Counted from the first letter of the stretch, positions 37,773 through 48,039 are shown. The stretch is 64,000 nucleotides of DNA from an uncultured Actinomycetota bacterium (GCA_963705055.1 CAVPIR010000001.1:1164890-1228889); one strand, 5' to 3'. The notes: generated from the letters alone by a model not told the origin. Translations and numbers: made by a program.

Positions 37773-40619
37773 TCAGGCGCACGGTGATTCCGGGCCCGCG
37801 ATTGCCACTAGCTGGGTTCGGGACCGGGCAGCGGTCTTGCGGAGGAGGCTCTCGATGTGTTTCTCCACGGTGCGAGGAGACAGATGCAGCCGTGCAGCGA
37901 TCTCTTTGTTGGAGATGCCCTCGGCCACGAGCCGGAGTACGTCGGCCTGCCGGTCGGTGATGCCTAGCTCGGACCAGCGACTCGGTGGCGGCTGTTCAAG
38001 CAGCCGGCGGCACCGCAACGCCAGCGGCTCGATCCCGTGCTGGGTGAACGCGCCGGCCGCCATTTCCAGCCATTGTCGCGGCTGGCCCCAGCCGTCTGCC
38101 AGTGCTGGCTCGGCGGAGCAGAGGCGGGTCAGGTCCGCCCAGACCGGGTAGTGCCGCAGTTCCCTGTCCGCGGCAACGGCCAGTTCGGTGGCCTGGTGCT
38201 TGTCCCCAGCTCGGCCAGCGAGGATCGCGTCGGCGTAGCCGAGGATTCCCCGGTTGACCCGGTTGATCGTCAGTCCGATCCGCCTGGCGTTGCGAATCGC
38301 CGCCGCCGCTTCGCTGTCGCCGTTCGCGGCCAGCAGCAGCGGCCACATCGCACGATAGGCGGCCGGGCCTTGCTGGGGCAGCGTATCGAGGATGGCAACG
38401 CCGCGGCCGAGGCCCTCCAGAGCGCCCGCGCGGTCGTCGTCGAGCAGCGCTAGCATCCCGTGCGCTCCGGCTAGCGCACTGCCTTCGATTTCTGGTTCGC
38501 CGGGTTCTGCGGCATGGGCGAGCGCGAGAAAGTGATCCATGCCCGCCTGGTCGCGGCGCAAGGCTTGTATCTCGGCCAGAAAGAGCAGCCCGATGGCATG
38601 TGCCTTGGCCAGCCCGAGCGGGGTGGTGATGGCCAATGCGGACTGGGCGTGATGTTCGGCTTCGCCGAGCTCGAAGCGGAACATCGCGACGGCGGTGAGC
38701 TGCAGGTCAATGACCGCGCCGGTGCTGGCGGCTCCCAGATCTTCGGCGATACGCCGAGCCTGGGCGAGGCGGTCGCTGCGGGCGTCGTCGAACATGTCGA
38801 TGGTGCCGAGTTGATGCAGGGCACGCAGCCGCCACACAGCGAGCCCTGCCGCGTCCGCGGTAGCAAGGGCCTGCTCGAAGGCGTCCCTGGCGGCATCCAG
38901 ATCATGTCTGCGCAGGATGCGGCCGAGAAGCTCGAGCGCGTGGCAGCGGATCTGGGGACTTGCTTGCGGCGATGCCAGAGCGCTCTGGGCGAGGGCGCGA
39001 GCCTGGTCGATGTCGTTGCCTGCGAATGCGACCTCGGCGTTCAGGGTGGCCGTCTCGGCGGCGAGGTCGGCTTGCGGGACGGCCGCGAGCAGGTCGCTTG
39101 CGGCTGCGAGCTGCAGTCTCGCGGCGGCCCACCGGGTTGCGTCCACTGCCGCGTGGGCCAGCTTCAGATGCACCGCCGCCCGGGCGGTAGCCGAGCCGGC
39201 GCCTGGCGGCATCTGGGTGATGAGGCGGTCGCCGACCAGCATCGCCTCGTCGACCCGGCCAGCCAATGCCAAGCCCTCGACAAGGAGCGATTCGGCTTCG
39301 GCGCGCTGGTCACGATCACTGAGCAGATCTACGGCGCGGCCCAGCGTAACGACGGAGGTGGCTAGCGCGCCCCGGTCCAGAGCAGACCGGCCAGATGCCA
39401 GCAACAGGCGGCCGGCCTGGTCCTGGTACCCGGCCTGCAGGGCTAGATTCGCGGCCAGGTCACCCGCCTCCCCGGGCAGGCCTGGGTGAGCAGCCTCCAG
39501 GGCTGCGAGCGCGCGGGCAGCGAGTATGACCCGCCGGGGCGGGAGTAGTTCAGCGGCCACCGCCTCCCTGGTCAGCATGTGCCGGAACCGGAAGACATCG
39601 GCGTCGACGGCGAGCAGCTGTGCCTCGACACCGTGCTCCAGTGCGCCAGCGACGAGGCCGGCATCGAGCCCGGTGGCGGCCGGCAGAAGCCTCCAGTCGA
39701 ACTGCCGGCCGAGCAGCGCGGCGGTATGCAGTACTTGGCGCTCGTCATCACTGAGCGCAGCCAGCCGTGAGCGGACACCATCGGCGAACGACCGTGGCAC
39801 GCCGGGGGCAGCGAGCGACTCCTCGACGAGGAACGGAATCCCGTCGGCCACACGCTGGACCCGGGCGATGACGTCATCCGGTGCCGATGGCAGGCAGGCC
39901 CGCACCATGGCCGCGACCTGGGCTGCGGTCAGCCGGCCGAGGGGCATGTGCCGGGCGGCGCGTCGACCGGTCACCCTGGCCACCAGATCAGCTCCCGCCG
40001 ACGGGGTGTCAGCACGGCAGGTGGCCACGCAGAGCACGGCCTCGGCGGACAGATTGTCGCTCAGATACTCCACGACCGCGAGCGTGTCAGGGTCGGCCCA
40101 GTGCAGGTCTTCGAGCACCAAGAGCAGGCCGGCGCTTCCAGCGATACGCCGCAGCAGTTGCAGCACGGCCTCGCCGCGCACCGGTGCGGCGTGGTCCCCG
40201 CGACCATCACCCTCAGAGCCGCCGATCATGGGAACCACGGCCCGTAGCGCGGGCAGCCAGGGCCGGAGGCCGGGGTCGTCGGGAAACGCGCGTTCGCGCA
40301 GCGCCTGCTGTAGCGCCTCGGTCAGCGGCCGGAACGGGCTGCTGACGCTGGTAGGTACGGCACGGCCGACAAGCACCGTCGCGCCACGGGCCCGCGCCTC
40401 TGCGGCCAGTTCGCCAGCAAGCCGGGACTTGCCGATCCCCGCCTCGCCGGTGACGAATATCACCCCGCCCGCGCAGCCCTGGGCTTCCGCGAGCGCGGAC
40501 CGCAGCCGCGCGGTCTCCGCATCGCGGCCGATGACCACGGGGCAAAGCGGGTCCGTCACTAGATCATTATGCTTCGCGGCCAGGTAGGCAAGGCCGCGGC
40601 GGCCGATACGCGTTTTCAC
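37773..40619 (-). CDS. Large ATP-binding LuxR-family regulator (LAL/MalT-like: AAA ATPase + TPR-like + LuxR HTH)
   Basis: Walker A in VIFVTGEAGIGKSRLAGEL, a long helical repeat region, and a C-terminal LuxR HTH (LTDRQADVLRLVAEGISNKEIAARLHLSPRTVEKHIESLLRK). GTG 40619 is preferred over the ORF-track start 40808. Confidence 0.88.
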   Translation of the reverse strand: MKTRIGRRGLAYLAAKHNDLVTDPLCPVVIGRDAETARLRSALAEAQGCAGGVIFVTGEAGIGKSRLAGELAAEARARGATVLVGRAVPTSVSSPFRPLTEALQQALRERAFPDDPGLRPWLPALRAVVPMIGGSEGDGRGDHAAPVRGEAVLQLLRRIAGSAGLLLVLEDLHWADPDTLAVVEYLSDNLSAEAVLCVATCRADTPSAGADLVARVTGRRAARHMPLGRLTAAQVAAMVRACLPSAPDDVIARVQRVADGIPFLVEESLAAPGVPRSFADGVRSRLAALSDDERQVLHTAALLGRQFDWRLLPAATGLDAGLVAGALEHGVEAQLLAVDADVFRFRHMLTREAVAAELLPPRRVILAARALAALEAAHPGLPGEAGDLAANLALQAGYQDQAGRLLLASGRSALDRGALATSVVTLGRAVDLLSDRDQRAEAESLLVEGLALAGRVDEAMLVGDRLITQMPPGAGSATARAAVHLKLAHAAVDATRWAAARLQLAAASDLLAAVPQADLAAETATLNAEVAFAGNDIDQARALAQSALASPQASPQIRCHALELLGRILRRHDLDAARDAFEQALATADAAGLAVWRLRALHQLGTIDMFDDARSDRLAQARRIAEDLGAASTGAVIDLQLTAVAMFRFELGEAEHHAQSALAITTPLGLAKAHAIGLLFLAEIQALRRDQAGMDHFLALAHAAEPGEPEIEGSALAGAHGMLALLDDDRAGALEGLGRGVAILDTLPQQGPAAYRAMWPLLLAANGDSEAAAAIRNARRIGLTINRVNRGILGYADAILAGRAGDKHQATELAVAADRELRHYPVWADLTRLCSAEPALADGWGQPRQWLEMAAGAFTQHGIEPLALRCRRLLEQPPPSRWSELGITDRQADVLRLVAEGISNKEIAARLHLSPRTVEKHIESLLRKTAARSRTQLVAIAGPESPCA

Positions 40620-40806
40620 TGATGGGCCGCCCTGCCCGCGCTCGGCAGCGAAGCGTCTGCGCCCCGCCGAATGCGTATCCGGATACGCGTTGTTACCGAT
40701 GCGCCCCGTCAGCAGGCCAGCCAACGATGGGTCAAGGCCACAGGACCGGGACAGCGAGCCACAGCCGCGGGAGCCGGTTCTGCCAGGAACAAGAAAGAGG
40801 ACAGGC

Positions 40807-41593
40807 ATGGGAACAGGTAGAGAACAGGCCGAGCTCTGGGGCCCAGGAGCGCGTGACTGGTCCGACTACAACGAGCCGATGTGCACGCCGTTCTATGAGT
40901 CCGTCCTGGACGCGACCGGAGTGGGCGCCGGCACCAGGCTGCTCGACGTCGGCTGCGGAGGCGGATTCGCGATGCTGCTCGCGGCCAGACGGGGTGCCAC
41001 GGTATCGGGAATCGACATGACCCCGGCGCTGCTCGATATCGCCCGCGAGCGCGTCCCCGGTGCATCTCTCGCCATCGCAGACCTCGAAGACCCGCTGCCC
41101 TTCAACGCCGGGCGAGTTCGACGTCGCCACGGCGTTCAACTCGGTGCAGTACGCCGGCGACCCGGTCGCCGCCCTCAAGAACATGAGCCACGTGACCAAG
41201 CCCGGCGGGCTCATCAGCGTGGTGGTCTGGGGCCCGCCCGCACAATGCGAGAGCGGCGTGTTGTTCACCGAGCTTGGCCCGCTGATGCCGCCTGCGCCCA
41301 CTGCCGCACCAGGTGCCATCGCCTGGAGTGACGAGGGCCAGCTCGAGCACCTCGCCACGACGGCCGGCCTCACTTCACTGGTCGTCAAAGACGTGCCCAA
41401 CCCGTTGATCTACCCCGACCTCGCCACGGCGGTCCGCACGCAGCTCAGCTCTGGCCCGGCGCGCGCAGCCATCGAGTATTCCGGGCTGCCGGCCGTCCGC
41501 GGCGCGCTGACCAGAGCGTTCGCGGGCAGTCGCAAGTCAGATGGCAGCTATCGGCAGGAGAACGTGTTCCGATACCTGGTAGCAAGGGCCTGA
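40807..41593 (+). CDS. Class I SAM-dependent methyltransferase (~261 aa); 1-nt insertion near ~41112
   Basis: ATG 40807 follows AAGAAAGAGGA. Motif I is RLLDVGCGGGFAMLLAA. The junction is DPLPFNAG-EFDVATAFNSVQYAGDP. Confidence 0.82.
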
Positions 41594-41865
41594 CCCTGAC
41601 ATCGTCCTCGGCGTCCATCAGCGGCGCGATCACACCGGCAGGCAGGCGAAGGCGAGTTTCGCTGCTACCTTGCAGTCTCGGCCTGGTCAATGCCACCGAC
41701 CTGAACGGGGCTTTGTCGCGTGGGCTGCGGCCGGCTTGCTGGTCGTGATCGCGGACGACTTTCTGCAGCCGTGCGAAAATCTGTCCGTGATCATGGAAAC
41801 GGCGTTGGCACGGACCGCAGCACCACGACCATCTAGGTCCCGGGCGGGGTGGGTAGTCTGCGACC

Positions 41866-42744
41866 ATGACGGATCGCGCTCCTTTTGGTCGGACCGGGCA
41901 TGACAGCAGCCGCGTCATCTTCGGCGCGGCGGCGCTGGGGTCCATGCGGCAAGAGCGCGCTGACGAGGTGCTCGCGACGCTGCTGGAGTTCGGCGTCAAC
42001 CACATCGACACGGCGGCGTCCTACGGCGACTCAGAACTTCGGATCGCGCCATGGATGGCGGAGCACAGGGGGCGATTCTTCCTCGCCACCAAGACCGGAG
42101 AGCGCTCCGGCGATGGCGCGCGTGCCAGCCTTGAACTCTCGCTGACCCGCCTCGGCGTCGACTCCGTCGATCTCATCCAGCTCCACAATCTCGTCGAGCC
42201 AGATGAATGGGAGGCGGCCCACGGCCCCGGTGGCGCAGTCGAGGCCCTGTCGCGGGCTCGAGACGAGGGGCTAGCCAGGTTCATCGGCGTGACCGGGCAC
42301 GGACTCCGGATAGCGGGCATGCACCTGCGGAGCCTGGAGCGGTTCGACTTCAGCTCGGTGCTCGTGCCTTACAACTACACGGTGATGTCCGATGACCGGT
42401 ACAGGGCTGACATGGAGGCGCTCCTTGGGGTGTGTGAGCAGCGCGGCGTGGCAGTGCAGACGATCAAGTCGATTGCGCGCCGGCGCTGGCCGGAAGGAGT
42501 AGGGCCGCAGTTCAGCTGGTATGAGCCCCTAGCCGATGGTGACGCACTGGTTCGGGCAGTGCGTTATGTCCTCGGCCGCCCTGGCCTGTTCCTGAACTCC
42601 TCGAGCGACGCCCGCCTCCTCAGGCCAACCCTCGAGGCCGCCGCGGCCGGCGGGCCGGTTCCGGCAGACGAGGAGATGGCCGCCGACGTCGAACAGCACG
42701 AGATCAAACCGCTGTTCGACGGCGCGGCGCTGGAGCGAATCTAG
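41866..42744 (+). CDS. Aldo/keto reductase
   Basis: FGAAALG...GVNHIDTAASYGDSE...FLATKTGER...DLIQLHN...IGVTGH blocks; intact 292-aa ORF. Confidence 0.88.
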   Translation: MTDRAPFGRTGHDSSRVIFGAAALGSMRQERADEVLATLLEFGVNHIDTAASYGDSELRIAPWMAEHRGRFFLATKTGERSGDGARASLELSLTRLGVDSVDLIQLHNLVEPDEWEAAHGPGGAVEALSRARDEGLARFIGVTGHGLRIAGMHLRSLERFDFSSVLVPYNYTVMSDDRYRADMEALLGVCEQRGVAVQTIKSIARRRWPEGVGPQFSWYEPLADGDALVRAVRYVLGRPGLFLNSSSDARLLRPTLEAAAAGGPVPADEEMAADVEQHEIKPLFDGAALERI

Positions 42745-43520
42745 AACTCCGGAGGTGAGATATGTGCCTGCGATCATGGGCTTGCGGCCGATCACATCGA
42801 AGAACCGGCCAAGCAACAGCGGGCCGAGCAGGTTGCCGACCGCGATGACCGCGAAGTAGTAACCCGGATTCGTTGTCACGTGGAAGAACGTCGCGAGGAT
42901 CTGCGCATACCCGAACGTGATCGCGTTGTAGAGGAATGCCTGCCCGATGAAGAGCGAAAATCCAAGGACCGTGCGTTTCAGGATAGAGCGTGACCATGGT
43001 CTTGGCGATAGTCACGAAGCCAATGGTCTTGCGCTGCCTGATCGTGATCGACTGGCTGGGTTCGGGCAGCGTGGTGCCCAGTTCCCGCTCGATCCGCTTC
43101 TCGATCCCGTCAACCAAATCGTCGGCGGCTTTGGCGTGCCCGTGGATGAACAGCCAGCGCGGGCTCTCCGGGACGTGCCGCCGCACCACCAAGATCACCA
43201 GCCCGAGCACGACGCCCAAGCCGAAACAGAGCCGCCAGCCGAACTGGACCGGCAGGTCGTTAATGACGGGGACGGTGATCAACGCACCCGCAGCCGCACC
43301 GGCCCAGTAAGTGCCGTTGATAGCGATGTCGATCACGCCGCGATGCTTGCTGGGGATTAGCTCGTCGATCGCGGAGTTGATCGCCGCGTATTCACCGCCG
43401 ATGCCGAACCCGGTCAGGAACCGGAACAGGAAGAACCACCATGGCGCGAACGACAGGGCCGTCAGCGCCGTCGCGGCCAGGTACGTGCCCAGCGTGCCAC
43501 GCCGCGCCGCCTACCTCACC
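42745..43520 (-). pseudogene. MFS transporter remnant (frameshifted, 5'-decayed and 3'-truncated)
   Basis: Fragments FLTGFGIGGEYAAINSAIDELIPSKHRGVIDIAINGTYW..., VPESPRWLFIHG (central loop) and KRTVLGFSLFIGQAFLYNAITFGYAQILATFFHVTTNPGYYFAVIAVGNLLGPLLLGRFFDVIGRKPMIAGTYL lie in different frames. The last ~3 TM segments are missing where the gene abuts the AKR 3' end. There is an in-frame stop upstream of RRGTLGTYLAATA. Confidence 0.7.
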
Positions 43521-43685
43521 CCGCTTTTGAGCCCTCAGCAGGCGAAGGTTTGCCTGGTCACGGCGCGGGAAGCCAGCGCCGATGACCAGTCAGCGCCAGC
43601 CAGGCTCACGCTCAGGCAATAAGGCTGGGCGCAGCGCCACCGTGCCGGGCGGCCGGTTGCCTGGCTGGGCTGGTGGGCCGTCCTG

Positions 43686-44105
43686 ATGGCCTTCTGGATG
43701 ATCATTGACGACTCCATCGCTCTGGCCGAGCTGCTGGCAGGGGCGGGTGCCGCCGCGATCGGCGCTGCCCTCGTCGAGACAGCCAGCCATCAGGCCTCGG
43801 TTCGGTTCGGCGTCCGTCTCGCGTGGCTGCCTCGTGCGCTCGGGCTCCCCCGTCAGGTACTCGCCGAGACCGGCGTCGTGTTCGCCGCGCTCTGGCGGTT
43901 GGTGGCGCACGGACAGGAGCCTAGGAGCGGCTTCGTTTCTGAGCCAGCCAGGTACGGGCCAGATACTCCCGAGGGCAGGTTGCGCCGCGCGCTGCTCGTC
44001 GGCGCGCGCTCGCTCGCGCCAAACACATTCGTGCTCGGCATAGACCGGGAACGCGACGTCATGGTTGTGCACAAGCTTGTCCAGGGCGACAGCGAGCCGC
44101 CGTGA
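43686..44105 (+). CDS. mrpE: Na+/H+ antiporter subunit E (MrpE/MnhE-like)
   Basis: MAFWMIIDDSIALAELLAGAGAAAIGAAL...NTFVLGIDRERDVMVVHKL. The frame is open from 43623 (RPVAWLGWWAVL precedes the ATG), so the true start may be upstream or non-canonical. Confidence 0.75.
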   Translation: MAFWMIIDDSIALAELLAGAGAAAIGAALVETASHQASVRFGVRLAWLPRALGLPRQVLAETGVVFAALWRLVAHGQEPRSGFVSEPARYGPDTPEGRLRRALLVGARSLAPNTFVLGIDRERDVMVVHKLVQGDSEPP

Positions 44106-44353
44106 ACGGGTTCGTCGTAGCGGCAATCGTCATGCTGATCGCCGTGATTCCGTGCGGCGTCGTTCTGGTGCGCGGATCTGTGATGGAAGCGGTCGTGGCG
44201 TTCGAGGCGATTAGCGCGGTCGTGGTGATCGTGCTGATCTTGCTGTCCGAGGGATTCAGCAGATCCGGCGAGTTCGAGCTTCCCGTTCATCTCGCCGTTC
44301 TGGCATTCGGCAGCGGCCTGGTCTTCGTCAGCTTTCTCGGGCGGGGCCTATGA
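44102..44353 (+). CDS. mrpF: Monovalent cation/H+ antiporter subunit F
   Basis: 83-aa, 3-TM protein. Start overlaps the mrpE stop (GTGA) and the stop overlaps the next start (ATGA). Confidence 0.8.
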   Translation: MNGFVVAAIVMLIAVIPCGVVLVRGSVMEAVVAFEAISAVVVIVLILLSEGFSRSGEFELPVHLAVLAFGSGLVFVSFLGRGL

Positions 44354-44685
44354 TCGTTCGGACCGTCGTCGCCGACGTGCTGCTGGCAGTGGCCGCGGTC
44401 ATCGTCCTCGGCTCCTCCGCCGGCATCTTGCTGATGCGGGACGTCTACCAGAAGTTGCACTACGTCACGCCCCTCGCGCTGGTGGCGCCGGTCGTCGTCG
44501 GGCTCGCGATCCTGGTCCAGTCCGGCTGGTCAGTCAACAGCCTGCAAACCTGGCTCGCGATCGCGTTCATGGTGATCACCGCCCCGTTCCTGAGCCACGC
44601 CACTGTCAGGGCGGCGAGGATCAGGGAGACGGGCGACTGGTCCTCAGCCGCCGATCACGATCCTTCCGATGCGGAGGGCCAGTGA
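44350..44685 (+). CDS. mrpG: Monovalent cation/H+ antiporter subunit G
   Basis: 111 aa, MIVRTVVADVLLAVAAVIVLGSSAGILLMRDVYQKLHYVTP... typical MnhG N-terminus. Confidence 0.8.
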   Translation: MIVRTVVADVLLAVAAVIVLGSSAGILLMRDVYQKLHYVTPLALVAPVVVGLAILVQSGWSVNSLQTWLAIAFMVITAPFLSHATVRAARIRETGDWSSAADHDPSDAEGQ

Positions 44686-44984
44686 TCCTCGGAGCATCAG
44701 CCGTCGTGACGCCTTTTACTATTCCCGCGGCGCTCATGGATGCCCTGCAGCTAGTCGCACTCGTGCTAGTCGCCGCCGCGGCGACTGCGGTGGTCCTGGT
44801 CAGGGAGCCGGTGCGGCAGGTGGTGGTACTGAGCGGGTACGGCCTGCTGCTCGCCGTCCTGTTCCTGGTCTTCCAGGCGCCTGATGTGACCCTCTCCGAG
44901 CTATCCGTCGGTGCGATCGCGCTGCCGATCCTGATTCTGCTCGCACTGGCGAAAGTGCGGCGAAACGAGGAGAACGACAAGTGA
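44682..44984 (+). CDS. MbhD/DUF4040-like membrane subunit (MrpA C-terminal-like)
   Basis: 100-aa, 3-TM ORF coupled on both sides, in the position occupied by MbhD-like proteins in Mrp/Mbh-type operons. Confidence 0.65.
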   Translation: MILGASAVVTPFTIPAALMDALQLVALVLVAAAATAVVLVREPVRQVVVLSGYGLLLAVLFLVFQAPDVTLSELSVGAIALPILILLALAKVRRNEENDK

Positions 44985-45743
44985 CGCCGCGCCAGCGGCA
45001 GTGGATGTTCGGCGTGGCGATCGCCGGCTTCGCGGCCTTCTACCTGTGGGGCCTGGTCGGCCTGCCCGGTTTCGGTCATTACCCAGGGCCGTACGGGGAC
45101 GTCATCAACCGCGTCGCCGTCGGCCAGACCAAGGCAACCGGCGTGGTGTCCGCCGTCAACTTCGAGTACCGCGGCTTCGACACACTGGGCGAGGAGTTCA
45201 TCCTCTTCGCGGCCGCCATCGGTGTCAGCCTGGTACTCAGGCACCTGCGCGGCGAACGAGAGCGCCCGGTCGCGGACGATGTGCCCGACCGGGATGCCAC
45301 GGTGACCACCGACGCGATCAGGGTCGCCGCTTTGATCTTCGTCGGGCCCACCGTTGTCATGGGCTGGTTTCTCGCCTCGCACGCCCAGACCAGCCCGTCC
45401 GGAGGCTTCCAGGGCGGAGCCGTGCTCGGCGACCGCCTTCATGCTCATCTACCTGGGCGGCCAGTTCCTCACGTTCAAGCGGGTCAGCCCTGTCGATGTC
45501 ACCGATGCCGTCGAGGCCGCCGCCTCAGGTGCGTTCGCGGCCGTCGGTGTCGCCGCGCTCGCGCTCGGCCTGCCCTACCTGGCCAACTTCCTGCCGCTCG
45601 GCGGCACTCCAGGGGCCGTGGACTCGTCCGGAACCATCGCACTGATCAGCTTCTTCGTCGGTGTCGAAGTGGCGGCGGCATTCGCCTCGATCGTCAGCGA
45701 AATGCTCGAGCAGACCCTGCTCGTCCCGGCCAGGAGGCGCTGA
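44981..45743 (+). CDS. mrpB: Na+/H+ antiporter subunit B (MnhB domain, ~253 aa); 1-nt insertion near ~45437
   Basis: ...VVSAVNFEYRGFDTLGEEFILFAAAIGV...SGGFQGGAVL continues in ORF 45354..45743 (ATAFMLIYLGGQFLTFKRV...). Confidence 0.78.
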
Positions 45744-46087
45744 TGCAGGTCCTCCCCTTTGTCGTCGTCGCCTGGATCCTGGCCGTCGGACTCTACGGTG
45801 TCGTCACCAGCCGGCACCTGGTGCATCAGATCATCTGCCTGATCGTCGTGCAGTCCTCGACATACGTGCTGCTGCTCGCGGTCGGCTACCGCCGTGGCGC
45901 TGTAGCCCCCTATTTCTACGACATCCCGCTCCATACCCCCGCCGTCGATCCCGTCGTCCAGGCTCTCGCGCTGACGGACGTGGTCGTCGAGGCCGCCGTA
46001 ACCGCCCTGCTGCTGGCCATCGCCGTGCAGGCACACAAGCGGTTCGGCACCCTCGACCCGCACGAGCTCATCGAGCTCAAGGGCTGA
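45743..46087 (+). CDS. mrpC: Cation:proton antiporter subunit C (NuoK-like)
   Basis: ATG 45743 overlaps the mrpB stop (TGATG). MQVLPFVVVAWILAVGLYGVVTSRHLVHQIICLIVVQSSTYVLLLAVGY... Confidence 0.82.
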   Translation: MQVLPFVVVAWILAVGLYGVVTSRHLVHQIICLIVVQSSTYVLLLAVGYRRGAVAPYFYDIPLHTPAVDPVVQALALTDVVVEAAVTALLLAIAVQAHKRFGTLDPHELIELKG

Positions 46088-46100
46088 TCGGAGAGCGCCT

Positions 46101-47936
46101 GTGCGTCAGCTGCTGCCGCTGCCCGTCGTGCTGCCGCTGCTGGTCGCTGCGGCGGTTTCGGCCGTGCACCCGCTGTTCCGCCGCAAGCGCCGGGCACTGG
46201 ACGGCGTCGCGATCGCTACCAGCGGTGCGGTCGCCGTCATTCTCGGCGTGCTCACCGTCGCCGCGGCACGCCGAGAGTCCGTGTACTGGTTCGCTGGGTT
46301 CCGGCCATCCCACGGCGTCGCGATCGGCATCGACTTCCTCGCCACGCCGCTGGCGACCGGGCTCGGCTGCCTGGCCGCGGTCCTCGTGACCGCGGTGATG
46401 GTGTACTCGTGGCGCTACTTCGAACGGATCGCTACCTACTACCACGCCCTCATGCTGACGTTCCTCGCCGGCATGGCGGGATTCTGCCTGACGGGCGACA
46501 TGTTCGATCTGTTCGTCTGGTTTGAGCTCATGGGCGTCGCCGCCTTCGCGCTGACCGCCTACCGGCCAGAGGAGCGCGGGCCGATCCAGGGCGCACTGAC
46601 CTTCGCGATCACCAACAGCGTCGGAAGCTACCTGACGCTGTCTGGCATCGCCGTGGTCTACGGCCGCACCGGCGCCCTCAACATGGCTCAGATCGGCCAC
46701 GACCTGAGCCAGCACCGGCCGGACGGGCTGGTCATCACCGCCTTCGTGCTGATCATCGCCGGGCTGCTGGTCAAGGGCGCCATCGTGCCGTTCCAGTTCT
46801 GGCTGGCCGACGCCGTCGCTGTCGCCCCGACTCCCGTCGGCGTCCTGTTCGCCGGCATCATGATCGAACTCGGTCTCTACGGCGTGGCCCGGGTGTACTG
46901 GTCGATGTTCGGCCAGGCCATCGGGCATCGCGCGGCAATCACCAGCATCTTCCTGGTGCTCGGCTTGCTCACGGCGGTGACCGGTGCCCTGTTCTGCTTC
47001 GGCGAGCGGCACCTGAAACGGCTGATCGCATTCGCTGCGATGAGCCACGGCGGGGTAGTCCTCACCGGGATCGCGCTGCTGACCCCGCTGGGCCTGGCTG
47101 GCTCGGCGATAGCGGTGATCGATCAGGCACTGCTGGCCGGCGCGCTCCTGCTCTGCGCAGGCATCGTCTTGCACCGCCGTGCCAGCGTCAACGAGACAGC
47201 GCTGCACGGGAAGGGCCGGGCGCTGCCGGCCACCGGGGTCATCTTCACTCTCGCGGCTCTGGGGATGGCTGGCCTGCCGCCCTTCGCCACCTTTCTCGGC
47301 GTGGGCTGGATCTCAGCAAGCGCCGCTGATCACAACCTCGCCTGGATCGCGGTCGTCGTGGCGTTCTGCTCGGCGCTGGCCGGCGGCGCCGTCCTGCGAG
47401 TGGCGGGCGGCGTGTTCTTCGGCCTAGGCGACGCGCCAGCTGAGGACAGGCAGATGGCCGAGCAAGCCAGCGAGGAGAGGAGCGAGACCGATCAGGCGAA
47501 GCAGCGGACACCGCTTTCCATGATCGTGCCCGCGGCCGCGCTTATGCTCGCCGCGTTCGCTCTGGCATTCGTGCCCCACGTGCAGCCGGCCCTGCAGAGC
47601 GCGGCGGAGCGATTCACCGAGCAAGCAAGCTATGACCGCGCCATCCTGTCCGGCGCGGCTATCATCCATCCGGCGATGCCGCATCCGCCGGATTCTGGCA
47701 GCAGTGCCGCCTCTGACGTTCTCACCGGCGTCAGCACTGCCGTGTCCGCTCTCATACTGGCGGGCCTGGCCCTCTATGGCCCGCGCCTGCCGCGGTTGCG
47801 TCGCGCGCTTCGACCCGCGATGGCGCTGATCCGGCCGCTGGAGAGCATCCAGAGCGGTGTGGTGAACGACTACGTGACCTGGATCATTCTCGGCGTCGCC
47901 TGCATCGGCGGAGTCCTGGCCTACGCGATCCGCTGA
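46101..47936 (+). CDS. mrpD: Proton-conducting antiporter large subunit (MrpD/NuoN/NuoL family, 611 aa)
   Basis: Intact polytopic ORF with the complex-I antiporter-like core (WFELMGVAAFALTAY..., FQFWLADA...AGIMIELGLYG). Confidence 0.85.
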   Translation: MRQLLPLPVVLPLLVAAAVSAVHPLFRRKRRALDGVAIATSGAVAVILGVLTVAAARRESVYWFAGFRPSHGVAIGIDFLATPLATGLGCLAAVLVTAVMVYSWRYFERIATYYHALMLTFLAGMAGFCLTGDMFDLFVWFELMGVAAFALTAYRPEERGPIQGALTFAITNSVGSYLTLSGIAVVYGRTGALNMAQIGHDLSQHRPDGLVITAFVLIIAGLLVKGAIVPFQFWLADAVAVAPTPVGVLFAGIMIELGLYGVARVYWSMFGQAIGHRAAITSIFLVLGLLTAVTGALFCFGERHLKRLIAFAAMSHGGVVLTGIALLTPLGLAGSAIAVIDQALLAGALLLCAGIVLHRRASVNETALHGKGRALPATGVIFTLAALGMAGLPPFATFLGVGWISASAADHNLAWIAVVVAFCSALAGGAVLRVAGGVFFGLGDAPAEDRQMAEQASEERSETDQAKQRTPLSMIVPAAALMLAAFALAFVPHVQPALQSAAERFTEQASYDRAILSGAAIIHPAMPHPPDSGSSAASDVLTGVSTAVSALILAGLALYGPRLPRLRRALRPAMALIRPLESIQSGVVNDYVTWIILGVACIGGVLAYAIR

Positions 47937-48039
47937 CGGCCGGACGCCTGCGGATGTTTGCGCAGATGAAACGAAGGAAGGGGACTGCCGTGCGCGGGCA
48001 GCCGACCTCGGTGACCAGGACTTCGACGAGGATGCCGTC

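Noticed and set aside
41594-41865. Possible gene fragment on the minus strand (ORF 41445..42011; ...IFARLQKVVRDHDQQ...GVIAPLMDAEDDV...)
   Set aside because: No recognisable family. It overlaps two well-supported plus-strand genes at both ends, so I treated it as intergenic sequence or a shadow ORF.
46077-47207. 376-aa minus-strand ORF
   Set aside because: Antisense to mrpD. It is a charged low-complexity sequence opposite an obvious polytopic membrane protein.
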